A stretch of 64,000 nt of DNA, from the NCBI GenBank assembly GCA_003971905.1, contig RSEE01000085.1, positions 1-64,000 on the forward strand. Direction: 5' to 3'. A program made the position numbers and the translations under genes. Below the pieces are notes generated by a model. The model searched no databases. It saw only the letters and a list, made by a program, of their open reading frames with translations, and was not told the origin of the DNA. The stretch is from Moniliella sp. 'wahieum'. Lineage: Eukaryota. Below, in pieces: positions 11,977 to 23,969 of the stretch (the stretch's first letter is position 1; every line of letters begins with the position of its first letter).

Positions 11977-13449
11977 GAGGATGACTGAATTGCGCCTGCT
12001 CAGACTTCTACTCTTCATTTTCTTCACATACCTGTGAACAACCGCATTATAGATAATGTACCGCTGCAAACACCATCCCCGAAAATCGGTTAAGGGCGGG
12101 GCGCCTCCCTGGGTGCCGGAATTGGGATGGCACCAATATAACCCCCACCCTGAGTGAATGAATGGACGCTTCATTGTTGGTTATTGGTGGTAACATGTAA
12201 CAGGTATGATGCAAGACAAGCATCCCGTACTAGATACAGCTGCACTGGTGTTCATAGTGTTGTCTATCATGACTATCACAAGTGCACAACGCAAAACAGA
12301 ATGATACAAGTCAGAGACAGTATGGGACCACAGTGAGCTGACGGTGGCGGTGGGCAACACCGGCGTCACATATGCGAATGTGCACCACCGGTGGTTTTGC
12401 ACCTAAACTGCGCGCAGCTGTTGCGCTAACTATGCGCTTATTGCCTCTCGACTTCTACCACCGTCGCCACCACCTCTCTTGCTGGCCATACACGGCTACC
12501 GGCGAGATTGCGCCATGTGCGCGCTTGATCTCGATATGTCCACGTCCCCCGTGCTGTTATTCCTGTCGTACTGACTCATCTGTGCGAAGCCGCCGGAACC
12601 GAGTCGGCCAGCCTGATGGCATGGCCTTGCATGGAATCCGCCGCATTACTAGGATGTTGGTCACATGCCTCCCAACAGCAACGAGTTAAACATCCGTCAA
12701 CGGTGAGGACGCCTCGAGTGGACGGTCGACGATGACGGTTGGTCCCGCCGGGGCTCTATGGTCAGTGTACCTGTGTGCTTTGCCCTTGTCCACCCGTATA
12801 TACACTGACAAACGCATTTGATCTGGATGCCTGGAGAATGACAGGAGATGGCGCTCAAGTGCTGCAGCAAAACGACCCTGGAATATGTAATGCTTTTGAC
12901 CACAGATTGTGGCCCTGCCGAGAATGGTTGCATGACCCATTACCTCTCTCTGACCGTGATGATGCTTCGCCGTCGTCGCAACTTGGCCCTTGGATCTTTG
13001 CTCTTCGGTCCCTCGTCATCTCAGAGGTCCAAGGATGGGTTTTTCTCCCCGCAATTCAGCGAAAAGGCGAAGTCTCTTGCTGCCGCCGGCCTGAGGCTTT
13101 GCAACAATGATTATAGCCATTTGAATGCAAATCGATGCGATATGAATCCTCTCCCCCCTGTCGCCTGGTCCGTCTGCACCGCCCGCTTCGGGCACGGGCA
13201 TGTCCTGGATACGTCGACGGCCCACTGCAGAAGGAAAACGACCTCGGAACTGTATGAGAAGAACTAACATGAAGTAGAACCCCATATGGTACAAAATCTG
13301 ATTCATCGTCCCACGCCTGTCGTGTCGGTGGTAGTGCGTGGGGACCCTGCTCCAGCCATGTCCGGTTCCATTGACAGACACCCAAAGAAGGACGGGAAGG
13401 AATGGACACAGCAACTGTGGGCATCTTGATACCTGTTTTGCTGAAAGGT

Positions 13450-14400
13450 GGAAAGCCAGCAAAAAAAAACATCATGTGGTCACTGATGCAAGGGAGATCG
13501 GCACTGGCGGGTTCCGACTACAGTACGGGGCACACCGAGGGCTTGCAGGATACAAATCCCTGGGAGAGCCAAACGGGGACGGAGACTCACCACAGTTGGT
13601 ACTTCGGCGGGGAGGTGGATCGAACGCGGGAGCGGAGTATAAGGGGCAAGTTGGAGCCAAAAACTTTTGCGGCCCAAACGGAGGCGAGAGACGGGGCTTA
13701 AAATGTGTGGCACCAATTATATGAAAGACTGCGGATAGGTTCACTGGCTTGGTCAGTACAGGAACGATCTGTGGACTTTCACGTATGAGTACACCGGGAG
13801 AGCGATGCAGTTGTGGAGGTGGGCGACCCTACGGAGGTTTGGGCGGGACTGTGGGACCCTATAATAGGGTTGGGAGACGACTGCATTTTGGGGGGGGGTC
13901 GGGAAGGAAGACGAGCGAAGAGCATGGATTGGAGACACCTGGATTAACCAAGGTGGGTGTAAGCAAGGAGGTTGGAGCCTGGAAGGTGATGGATGTGATG
14001 AGCGAACGTTGGCTGGCGGGCCAGCGGAGTCCGTACTCTTCCCCAACTCCGGCATAACAGGCGAGCATTGGCCTGAGGGTCAACAACGCCTCTACTCCTT
14101 CCTGCTCCCTGCACTTAGGCTGGCGTTAACTTGCACCCCCGGTGAACGAAGGAAGACGGGGCGGGCGAGCAAGACCCTCCCTTTGGATAGCATGCCTAAC
14201 GGCCGAGAAGGAAGGTGGGGCGTGCAAAGTATCCAGCGCTAGCTGCCAGTTTGATCGGCGCAGGCATGGGCCCGATGTTGATAGTATTCCCAAAGACCGA
14301 ATAAGAAAAGAGGGTACCTCTCGATGACTGTACCGTGGGAACGAGATATGTGTGCATGGGGGGAAGCGTACACTCCTTCACCCCCTCTTCCGCTGTTAGG
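13450..14400 (+). mobile_element. Highly degenerate Ty3/Gypsy-like pol remnant (RNase H, possibly start of integrase)
   Basis: VVTDAREIGTGGFRLQ resembles Gypsy RNase H TDAS.xGxGxxLxQ; RERSIRGKLE resembles RExRYSQxKLE; many stops and frameshifts. Confidence 0.4.
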
Positions 14401-15423
14401 CGAGAGGGAAGCAGGTCCTTTATAAGCGTGAGGATTCGCCTGGTGAACAGGAACAGGTTATTGTCACGGCGAATACGAGCTAGCAACAAGTCCGGCTAAG
14501 CCTAAAGCCTACGCGCTCCCTTCGCCTTACTAACCCCGGCCCGAGGGTGTTCATGCGATCTGATCCGATCTCAGCTGAGGCCCGTGTGCTCTATCCTTCT
14601 TTGCGACGACGATTGTTTCCCGGTGCCCGTTTACTTTGCCCTTCTAGGTCGACCGTGCAGAAACCGACCGTCATGTTGTCCACTGGCCCCCGTTCTTCTT
14701 CTATTGTGTTGTTTCCTTATGATAGTCCCTGTCTCGAAGAAATAGTTCTGGTAGGTTTCCTCCACAGTCAAGTGGGGTCGCCTCCTACTGTCCTCGCCAA
14801 TTGATCAACCCAGTACAGGCAACTTCTCCCACCTTGGTTGCTCCTCCGCTCCTCGATCTCACCACCCTCCAGCTCCCGGATCCCGCCCTCACACCCTCTC
14901 AGACAACCACGTCGCATGTGTGCCCTCCTCATGCCACATCGAAACCAAATCCACTCGCCGGGTCGGCCTCCCCCCTTCCAGCCACGCCGCCTCCAATCCC
15001 ATCCCAGCTTCAGCTCTGGCAGCGTTTGTCTCCCGGCCGATGTCACTTCCCGTCCCTGAGCCCTAAAGGCTTCATGGCAGACACGTCACGGCCACCCAAG
15101 CCGGCACTACGCAGCCTTTCCACACCTGCCAGCGCCTATATGCTGTACGCCGATAAGTCGTTCATTGTCCCAAGCTCCGCTCGGACACATCAATCAGCCC
15201 AATAGTCGCGTAACTACCGTGAGTCGAGCTTAGGACATCTGATCGAAGGGATTGTACCCCCCCCCCCGGCCCCCCTGCCGGACCTCCTAGTAGCGGCGCC
15301 CGCCGACGATGGGGGAATGCAGTTGAACGGAAGTCAAATGAATGTTTAGGTCTGTGTAGCTCATTGACGAAGGTGCACTGTGGGGGGGAAACACCACTCT
15401 GGATGGAGGCAGCAAGCAGGACG

Positions 15424-15583
15424 TGTTAATGCGAGGACAAAGGCCTACGGAAAGAAGAAGACAGAGGGAGGTGATGGATCTATTCCAAGAGAGGAGCCCG
15501 TTAGGGGCAGAACATAGAGGAGAGTCGGATAGAACAGCGCGATGCGTGATGCGTGATCAGCTGCATGCATGATGGCGCTGACA
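15424..15583 (-). repeat. Copia 3' LTR
   Basis: tgttaatgcgagg...gatggcgctgaca; no mismatch seen by eye against 20615-20774; preceded on the minus strand by purine-rich GTGGTGGGGC (candidate PPT). Confidence 0.95.
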
Positions 15584-15649
15584 GCCCCACCACGACTCGA
15601 CGCTAGGATCCGACGAGATTGGAAGAGTGACAAATCAAGAGCCAGCTGG

Positions 15650-18600
15650 CTAGGAGGAATCTGAGCCGAAAATGGGCTTGATGCGGGAAGTCTCCTCAGC
15701 CCCACCAGGATCCGGCGTGAGCGTGAGGTAGCGACCTACACTGGAGCGTTGAACCGTATACGGTAGGAGCTTGGTAAAATCATTCGCGGGGTTCTCGGTT
15801 CCAAGAACCTTGTGCCACAAAATGCGCCCCGAATCGACATGCTCGCGGAACCAATGGTTGCGAATGTCCATATGACGAAGGCGTCCAATGAAACCAGGGC
15901 GAGAGATAATTGACAGGGCAACAGCCGAGTCGCTATAGAGATCCACCGGACAGTTGGAAGGTACTAGTTGAAGCTCGACCATGAGGTTACGAATGCGGAG
16001 AGCGTCGCGGGCGCCCTCACTAATAGCCATCATCTCAGCTTCAGCGGTCGACATTGCCGTAGTGGTCTGCTGGGCGCTGCGCCAGTGCACTAGGGCGCCA
16101 AAAACAAACACAGCGACCCCTGTTACCGACTTGCGTGTGACCTTGTCGCCGCCCCAATCGCTATCGGTAAATACGGCATAGGAGGTGCCGTTCGATTGAT
16201 CCTGAGACGCAGAGACCAATCCAATGTACCACGGAGGTAGCGCAGGACATGTTGTGCGGCGCTGCGGTGTGCAGCAGAGGGATCCTTGTTCCAACGACTG
16301 AGAAGATGTACGACAAATGACAGGTCGGGCCGGCAGGTCTGCGCGGCCCAGCTGAGGCTCTGCACAATCGACATATAGCGCTTATGCTCGGCGACAGTGG
16401 CAGGAGCTTCGTCTGGTGGACGTGGCGGGAGAGGTGTATCAGGATTGATAGGCAAACGAACAGGGTTGCACTCGAGCATGTCGGTGCGGGCGAGTAAAGC
16501 TAACAGAAATGCACGCTGGTCGCAGTCAAAACCATCAGGGCGAGTAACATAGTGCACACCCAGCATCTTACTGAGAGGACCCTTGTCGCCAATCTTGATG
16601 TTGAGACCGAGTTGTCCATGAATGCGTCAAAACAGCTTGGGACGGGGCCATGGCCATTCCGTCATCACAGTATATTGCGAGCATGATGGTCGTATTCGCT
16701 CGTTTGCGTATCCATACGTCCTGTTCTGTTACCGTCAAGCGGAAACCAATATCTCGTAGCTTGCTGGCGAGGTGGCGGTGCCACGCAGCGCCGGAGGCTG
16801 CAAGGCCATAGAGGGACTTCTTGAGTCGCCAAACGTTTGCTTTGTCGGTGAGAAAACGATCGGGAGGCTTAACGTATACCTCATAGGGAATGGGTGCATG
16901 GAGATATGCACTCTTGCAGTCAAAATAATATGCCTGGAGGCCTTGCGCTTTACCTCCCACGGCTACGGTGCGAAAAGACTGATGTGCTGCGCCACTCGAG
17001 AATGTGAGGGCCTTGGGCAACTCACTTGTATCCTCCTGGTTTCCTTGAACCACAATACGGGCTTTCCGTTTGAGGAACATATTCTCTGGGGTGACGCCAA
17101 CACTGTACGGTGCGGGCACCCAAGATCTTCGTTCCGGCCGGAGGGCGTGGCACTTCTTCAAAGGCATCCATGGATCTGAGCCCGTCAAGCTCAATGTGTT
17201 CGGCCTGGCGCCACTGGGGCCACTCAGAGGTGGCCATTGCTTCACGCTCGGTCCGAGGGGCAAGGGGCACACCGTCAGCAGTGGTGCCGACAGTCGGGGG
17301 AGGGATGCGGAAACGGCGTTGCCGGCGGGGAATGGCTTTCTTTTTCGGGCTTGGTGTAAGGGATGCGGTGGCAGGATCAGGGGAAGAAACAGTAATAGTA
17401 GGGGGGATTGGGTGGGACAAAGGGGGATGACGCGCGGTGCGCGCATGGCCCGTTGGGCTCCAATGGGGATCAAGCTCGGCTGGCGGCTCATCCGTCAAGG
17501 GAGGCGCATGCGCATCCTTGGGTTGATAGAAATCAGGGGGGCGACGCGCCCGAGCCGGATTGCGACGGGGGGCAGCTTCAGCCCCACCAGGCGTGGAAAC
17601 TTCAGCCCCACCAGGTGTATCCGGACGGTCGCGAAGCCCATCCGGTGGCGTACCCGGCAACGATTGGGCCTGGCGTATCGCCAGCCCGGGGTTTGTGGGA
17701 TCCCACATGACGTCGGTGCACCACGCCCTGTACGAGCTGTGGCCGTCTTCTGTGATAAACTCAAATTCGTATCCCTTGGAGCCGAGCGGATCGAATCCGA
17801 CTAGCATGCCAGGGCGGGCGCGCGGCGCGGCGCGGTGGCCGCGCTCGGGACCTAACAAAGTACACCAGCCGGCCGCACCCCAGGGTGCCCCAAAATAAGA
17901 GCTGCGTGGGAGGGGGCGGTCGTGATAGCGTTCAAATGGTGAGGGGGCGCCCAATGCGGCCGACACACTAACGTTGGCATACAAAGCTGCCGCGACAGCG
18001 GCGTCGGCCCAGTACTGAGACGGTGCGCGGGCGCCGGCGAGGAGGACGCGGGTACGCTCCTGTATAGTGCGAGCGGCGCGCTCGGCGTGGCCATTCTGCT
18101 GGGAGGTGTAGGGGGTGGTGGTGGTGTGCTGGATCGGTGCATGACCGGCAGCAGTGAGGAGGTGCGGGACACGGGAAAACTCAGTACCGCCATCGGTGTG
18201 GAGACGGAAAAGACTGGCGCCGTGGCGGGCGAGGGCGGCGCTCCTCGAGGAGAATTAAGTTGGCTAGTGCCATTGCAGCGTCGCTCTTGCGCACCAGCGG
18301 AATGGCCCAGAGATAGCCGTGTGCAGTCGTCGACTACGACAAGTAAATTGCGCTCACCCTTCAGCCCCGTCGGCCAATCTGTCACTAGATCGGCATGCAA
18401 GTGCGCCAGTGGGGCAGCTGCACGTGCCGTGTGGCTCTCAGGGAACGGGCGTCGGGTGCCCCGCCCCGCCGCGCACGCCTGACAAACGCAGGCCGCGTCG
18501 GCCTCGGCTGCATGGGCCTGGGTGGAAGTGATGCGTTGCGCAACTGGCCCCGTGGCCGTGAGGCGGGGAAGCTGGCGCCAACCAACATGACCATGGCGGG

Positions 18601-20430
18601 CATGAGCAGCCAGTATCCGGGTATAGTCGGCCACGGCGGCACGGGCGTGGGCTTGAATGGGGACGTTGGGGACGTCGCAGTGGTAATCAACCACATAGCC
18701 ATTAGCGATACGGTCGTAGCGAGCAACAATTGCGGGATCGCTATGGATAACAGCGCCTTGGCGGTGTGCAAGGAACTCTACTCGATGACCAGCGGCATTT
18801 GCCTGCGGTACAGAGAGTAAGTCATGGTCTAACTGGGGGACAAGCAAGCAGTACAAGTCAAGGATGCATTCAGTTTGGACTGTGGAAGCCGGGAGTCGAA
18901 CCCGCTTCACCCCACAGCCTGTCACCGCAAGCTTCCGGACGCCGGCCAACTCAACCCACCCAGTCGCAGGCTCGAGGAAAATGAAACCCTCGGGCGAGCG
19001 GACCATGCTCGGCGTCGCGCCGCTGTCAACTACCAGCTTGTGGAGCGCAGACGCAGTGGTGGGTGGTGGCAACCCCTGTGACAGGGCTGCCGCGAGTTCC
19101 TACTGGCGATCAGGAGGCAGGAAGAAACGGGGGCTAGGCCTTGCGCGTTCGCGGTAGGGCTAGTTGGCTGTGGGAATGCCGGAGCTGGTAAAACCAGAGG
19201 TGAGGGGTAGTACGTCGGCATATAGCCGGGCGAGTACATCGGTGGCGGAGGGGTTCCTCCTGCCTGGGCGTAGCGACTAACTGCTGTGGCCGAATGGGAA
19301 GTATTGGAGTTATTCGAGCTGCTCGACATCGGCATGTTCTTCAACTCCGGATGCAGTGACCAGCATTGGGCCTCTGCGTGTCTGCCATTGGGGTGAAGAC
19401 GGCAGGTACCATTGCGCTCTGCGCGCCCTCCTTTGCCCTTGTGCGAGGAAACAGCCTTGGTGACGAGCACTGTGTCCTCGATGTTCAAGAACTGCAGCGC
19501 TTGGCTCCGGGTCTTGCCCTGGAGCTGTTGCTCCTTCACGCGATTCGGCTCAGGGCAGCTATTGGCAAGAACGCTCCAGGCACGAACGCTGAGCGGGAGT
19601 CCAATCATTTCACCCATACCCACGATCCGCTCGATGCGGGCAAGGAACTTCCGCGCCGTCTCATGCGCCGCAGGCTTAAGTGTGTCCAGGCGGGAACTGA
19701 CATCACTCTCAAGTTTGACCTGGGTGGGACGATTGCGCTCGCACATCTTGCGGTACAGGCCTGAGGCCGAACCGCAGGCAACATGACTCTGCGTGGTCGA
19801 GTCACATTTGGTCAAAAGGACATGCTCGAGCCGCCTGTCGATCAGCTCTTCCTCAGGGAAGAGGGGCCGTTGACGACTAGGTTCAGGAACTGGTATGCCG
19901 AGAGCTGGTTGCGCGTATCATAGTCATAATCAAGCCAGTGCGTCGTTCCGAGTTCCCAGGAGGGTAAGCTGTTTCCTTTAGCCAGCGCCCTAATCATCTC
20001 CTCCTCCACAGAACGTGTCTGATGAGAAGGGATTTCCAGAGGTGGGAAAGTGTCAACACTGCTGGGGCTGTGGGCAGATGTTCGAACTGGGGGAAACCAA
20101 TTGGGAATCAGCGCCGCGGTACCTTGAATGCGGTACTTGCGGGCAAAGTAAGCAAATTCGTGCATGAATGCGAGGTCGTGAATCGCATCTTGTGCCTGTT
20201 CCGTAGACCACTCGGGGTGTAAATCTTGAAGATGCAACAGGAACATGAGCTCATGGTGGGTTAGGTTGGTTTTCGGGGAGTGATTTCCTTCGACAGAGGG
20301 GGGGGTGCCATCGTGGGCAATTTGGGCGTCTTCACCGTCCAGACGCTCGGGGGGGCGGGGGGGTGGCGTGGGGAACTGCAGGCTCCTCTTGGGTAGCCTC
20401 GACACGAGGAATGGAAACTGCGGCAGACAT
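15650..20430 (-). CDS. Copia gag-pol polyprotein (split by frameshifts)
   Basis: Gag knuckle CRLHPNGRHAEAQC; protease LVVDSGAT; pre-integrase HARHGH and CQAC; integrase HLHADL..VVVDDCTR; RT KARIVVQG, FDCKSAYLHA, LKKSLYGL, IYCDD; RNase H FTDSDWGGD..RKSVTG..STAEAE. Confidence 0.92.
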
Positions 20431-20614
20431 GCTTTCGGCGCGCGGGTTACGCTTCTTCTTGGAAAGGGGTGGAAAAGCAGTATCGGCTCCGGAACGGAGA
20501 CCAGGCATTCAGCCGTGTGGGGTGGGGGTAGGTGGGAAAAAAATTAAGTAGGGCTCAGGCGGGCAGACGAGAGAGGTGTAGTCTCCGCCTACTCAGAGGA
20601 TAGTGGGCTCAACC

Positions 20615-20774
20615 TGTTAATGCGAGGACAAAGGCCTACGGAAAGAAGAAGACAGAGGGAGGTGATGGATCTATTCCAAGAGAGGAGCCCGTTAGGGGCA
20701 GAACATAGAGGAGAGTCGGATAGAACAGCGCGATGCGTGATGCGTGATCAGCTGCATGCATGATGGCGCTGACA
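20615..20774 (-). repeat. Copia 5' LTR
   Basis: Identical copy of 15424-15583; followed on the minus strand by GGTTGAGCCC (candidate PBS). Confidence 0.95.
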
Positions 20775-21171
20775 GGACGGTCTTTCCTCGGCTGGGGCCC
20801 GCTGATTCTTGTTGGTAACTCAACCTCTTTCTCTTTCTTCTCCTATATAGGCGAGTTCCCTGGCGCTGGGTGTTGCACAGGGGATTCCAGTGGACGAGAC
20901 GGTGCCCAGTGTCTTTATGCACAACTGCCCCTGTTTGGGTTCCTAACGTGGCAGGATATGGAGATGGAGAGAAACGGCTGAGGATCATAATCATGAGGGG
21001 GAAAAGGTGGCGAGGTATATGTAGTTCGGAAAAGAAGAGAACATGTGCGAGCTGAGGCACACGGAGAAAAAAAGGGGAGCATCGACAAAGGGAAAAAACA
21101 GGGTCTAGAATAGATCAGGGTCCAGCCAACCTGGTGACCATGTGTGACTTTAAACATGTGACCAGGCGGGT

Positions 21172-23360
21172 GTGATCGATGAGATCATGAGATCTCGACA
21201 TGACGAGGTGGGCTCCCAGCCCTTTTTGCAATGTAAGAGTATTTACCACGGCACTGCCCCTGGACGCGAGCTCCTGTTGGCCTCCCGCCTTACCCCCCTG
21301 GAGAAGGCATCGGGAGGTATCCGCCCCATCGCCTGTGGGGAGCTGATCTACCGCCTGTGCGCCAAGGCCATCGCTCGAGCGATCAAACCCAACAGCTGGC
21401 TTCTCCCCACCCAGCTGGGAGTAGCATCGCAAAACGGGGTGGAGCCTATCGTGCGGATGGTCGAGCGCATGACAGCGCCAGGCGGGGGAGAACGATGCGG
21501 AAATGGGCGACTTCAGCCACGTCGCCATGCTCGACTTTACCAACGCGTTCAACACTGTGCGCCGTCCACACTCGCCAAGGCGCTCCATGCCTACGCCCCC
21601 CACCTCCTCACCTTGGGCCGGTGGATCTATGGTTCCCCACCCAGCTTTGGGTTGCGTCGGGCGGAAATGAGACCAGCGTCCTGTCGGCAGAGGGCGTGCG
21701 GCAGGGCGACCCCTCGCCCCCTTTTTCTTCTCCATCGCAGTGCGGCCCACGCTAGAGAAGTTGAGCATTGCTCTGCCGCCGGGGCACCTGGTGATGGCAT
21801 ACCTGGACGACATTACCATTTTCGGTCCAGAGCCAGGCATTACCGGCCAAGCTGCGGAGATTTTGGAAGACGACGCGTCAGGCCTCAAGCTCAACCTGCG
21901 CAAGTGCGTCGAGCGGGACCGGGACCAGATCCGGGAGGATGGTCTGCAGGTTCTGGGCACTTGTGTGGGAGGGGTAGACTGTCGTCGATCGTGGCTCCGG
22001 GCCCAACTGGCCAGTCTGAGGGAGAACATGCCTAAGTTTGATGGCATCACCCGCCAGGGACGCCTCTTACTATGGCGGCTCAGCACTCAGACCAAGCTGC
22101 GCCACCTGCTCCGCACCATGCAGATGGAAGGAGAGCTAGACGAAGTGCTGGCCGAGATCGATGCCTTCATCTGTACGGAGTTCAGACGGATCCGGGGCGA
22201 CGAGGATCCCCAAGGTGCCAAGGACGACCACTTCGACATGCTCATGAGCCTGCCTCTCCGGCTAGGAGGATGCGGCAGCCCGCTTTACTCGTATATCGCG
22301 CCCCACGCCCGTGCCGCGGCCAACGAGGTCAACGACTATCTTATTACCACTTATGTTGACCGTTCGGGACCGCAAACGGCAGAGGCCAACGCATTTACGA
22401 AGCAACGCCAGCGCTGCCGCGAGATGTGGGAGAAAAGTCGACAGGAGCTGCTCCAGAAGCTGGACGCTGCCGATGGTCGTCACGTGGTTGAGCACAGCAA
22501 CCCGCTGAGCCACAACTGGCTCTCCGCCATTCCGTCCGTCCCATACCTCAGGCTCTCCGACCAGCAGGTCCAGGTTGGTCTCCAGCTCCGCACGCTGTGC
22601 CGCACCACGCGCAGCATGTGCAAGTGCGGTGTCATGTCCTCGTGGAGCACATCATGTATTGCACTCGCTCCCAGGCCAAGTTTGGAGCGTTGCATGACGC
22701 AGTGCGGGAGCCCATTCTCCAGCTCCTACGCTCCATTCCCGACACCCATGTCCACAACGAACCAATGGTGGAGGACGAGGATGGCCGGAGACAGAGGACA
22801 CAGCGCACTGACTACCGCGTGATGGGACCCGGAGCACTGGGAGGATCAGGAATGGAGGTCGACCACACGCTGCGCGACACGGGATCAATGGCAGCGCAGA
22901 GCGCGTTCCGGAGCCTGGTGCACGCGAGCACCGCAACCCCCTTGGAACGCCGGGAGAAGGAGCTGCTTCGGATGCTTGAACAAGCAGAATGCGAGAAGAA
23001 CGCCAAGTACCAGGGACGCACTCAAGAGACGTTTTTCCCCTGGTTTTGACGACGCGAGGATACTACGGCACCAAGACGGCGAGCAAGTTGTTTGCGCATT
23101 GGAAGGAGTTGCTACTAAGTCTCAGTGGAAATGGTTCCTCGCTCGGATGTCAACCACGTTCCTCCGTGTCCATACGCGCTTCCTAGGGTACGGGACCGGA
23201 TGGCATGAGCCGGAGGGTCCTGATATCTGGCGATCCCCCTGGTTCCTTGACCCTGGTGGCGCCCCTAAGTAACCCCCGCAAGATGAACGGTTAGGTTTAG
23301 ACGTAGCGTTCCCCCTGTCCCAGCCTTCTTAAGTCTGCCAATGAAATGGAAGTTATACTA
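21172..23360 (+). mobile_element. 5'-truncated CRE-clade non-LTR retrotransposon (RT + CCHC + restriction-like endonuclease)
   Basis: RT: LASRLTPLEKASGGIRPIACGELIYRL, QLGV, LDFTNAFNTV, GVRQGDP, AYLDD, GLKLNLRKC, LGTCVG; then CKC..HIMYC, LHDAV and RLE-like RTDYRV..EVDHT..EKNAKY..FFPLVLTTRG. No APE domain. Ends approximate. Confidence 0.85.
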
Positions 23361-23969
23361 GGTCCCTCCCCCATGCATGATGTTTTGGAGGGAATCCTGT
23401 GAACGGCGGTCGAGTCAGTGGGTTGGAACTGCTATAGGGTGTGTCCGTCCAGTGGCGGGAACAAGGCAAGAGTACGGCCCTTTGAAGTTTCGAGCGGAGT
23501 TACACACGTATACTCTAGTGCGGTACTACTCTACTACCAACAAAGCACCGCCAGTATACACTTTTGCCCGATTGCGCGAATTCGGGTCTGTCGGAACAAC
23601 AGTAGGAGAAATGGGTTTGCCCGCGGCCCGTTGGCGGGTCTAGACTAGGAGGGTGGCAGTGGATACTGGATGGATGTGGACCAATTGAAGCGAGCCTCAT
23701 GAACACACTAGTACGTCGAGCCGCCGTATATATATTCCGCCTATATAGCGGGTGTGGGGCATGCCGTGTGGGGATGCAACTTTCAAAGTGTGCACGGGCC
23801 GCCGCCACTTTGGCTGCGGCGGTTATATGCGCGTTTGAGCTTTAGTTTGCCTACTCAGTACTGCGGATGCAGCACCCAGCTGACGTACTCCGCCCCAGCT
23901 GCCCCTCCCCGCATCGGCCTCTCCCTTTTCGCCGTCGCCGTCGCCAGCACCCTCGCCCGCACCCTCGCC

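Larger units (their letters stand above)
15424..20774 (-). mobile_element. Full-length Ty1/Copia LTR retrotransposon (5351 bp)
   Basis: Two 160-bp TG...CA LTRs; 5-bp TSD GGACG (15419-15423 and 20775-20779); domain order gag-PR-IN-RT-RH is diagnostic of Copia. Confidence 0.97.

Noticed and set aside
14394..14488. Possible solo LTR (TGTT...AACA)
   Set aside because: Only 95 bp, no flanking TSD and no second copy in the window.
10602..15382. CACAGTG/CACTGTG heptamers as DNA-transposon TIRs
   Set aside because: No extended inverted repeat, TSD or recognisable transposase; expected by chance.
23867..23969. 5' part of the 933-aa ORF as the true N-terminus of the C2H2 factor
   Set aside because: The ATG at 23970 plus a canonical intron (24186-24259) splices in frame into the same ORF and gives a better-supported model.
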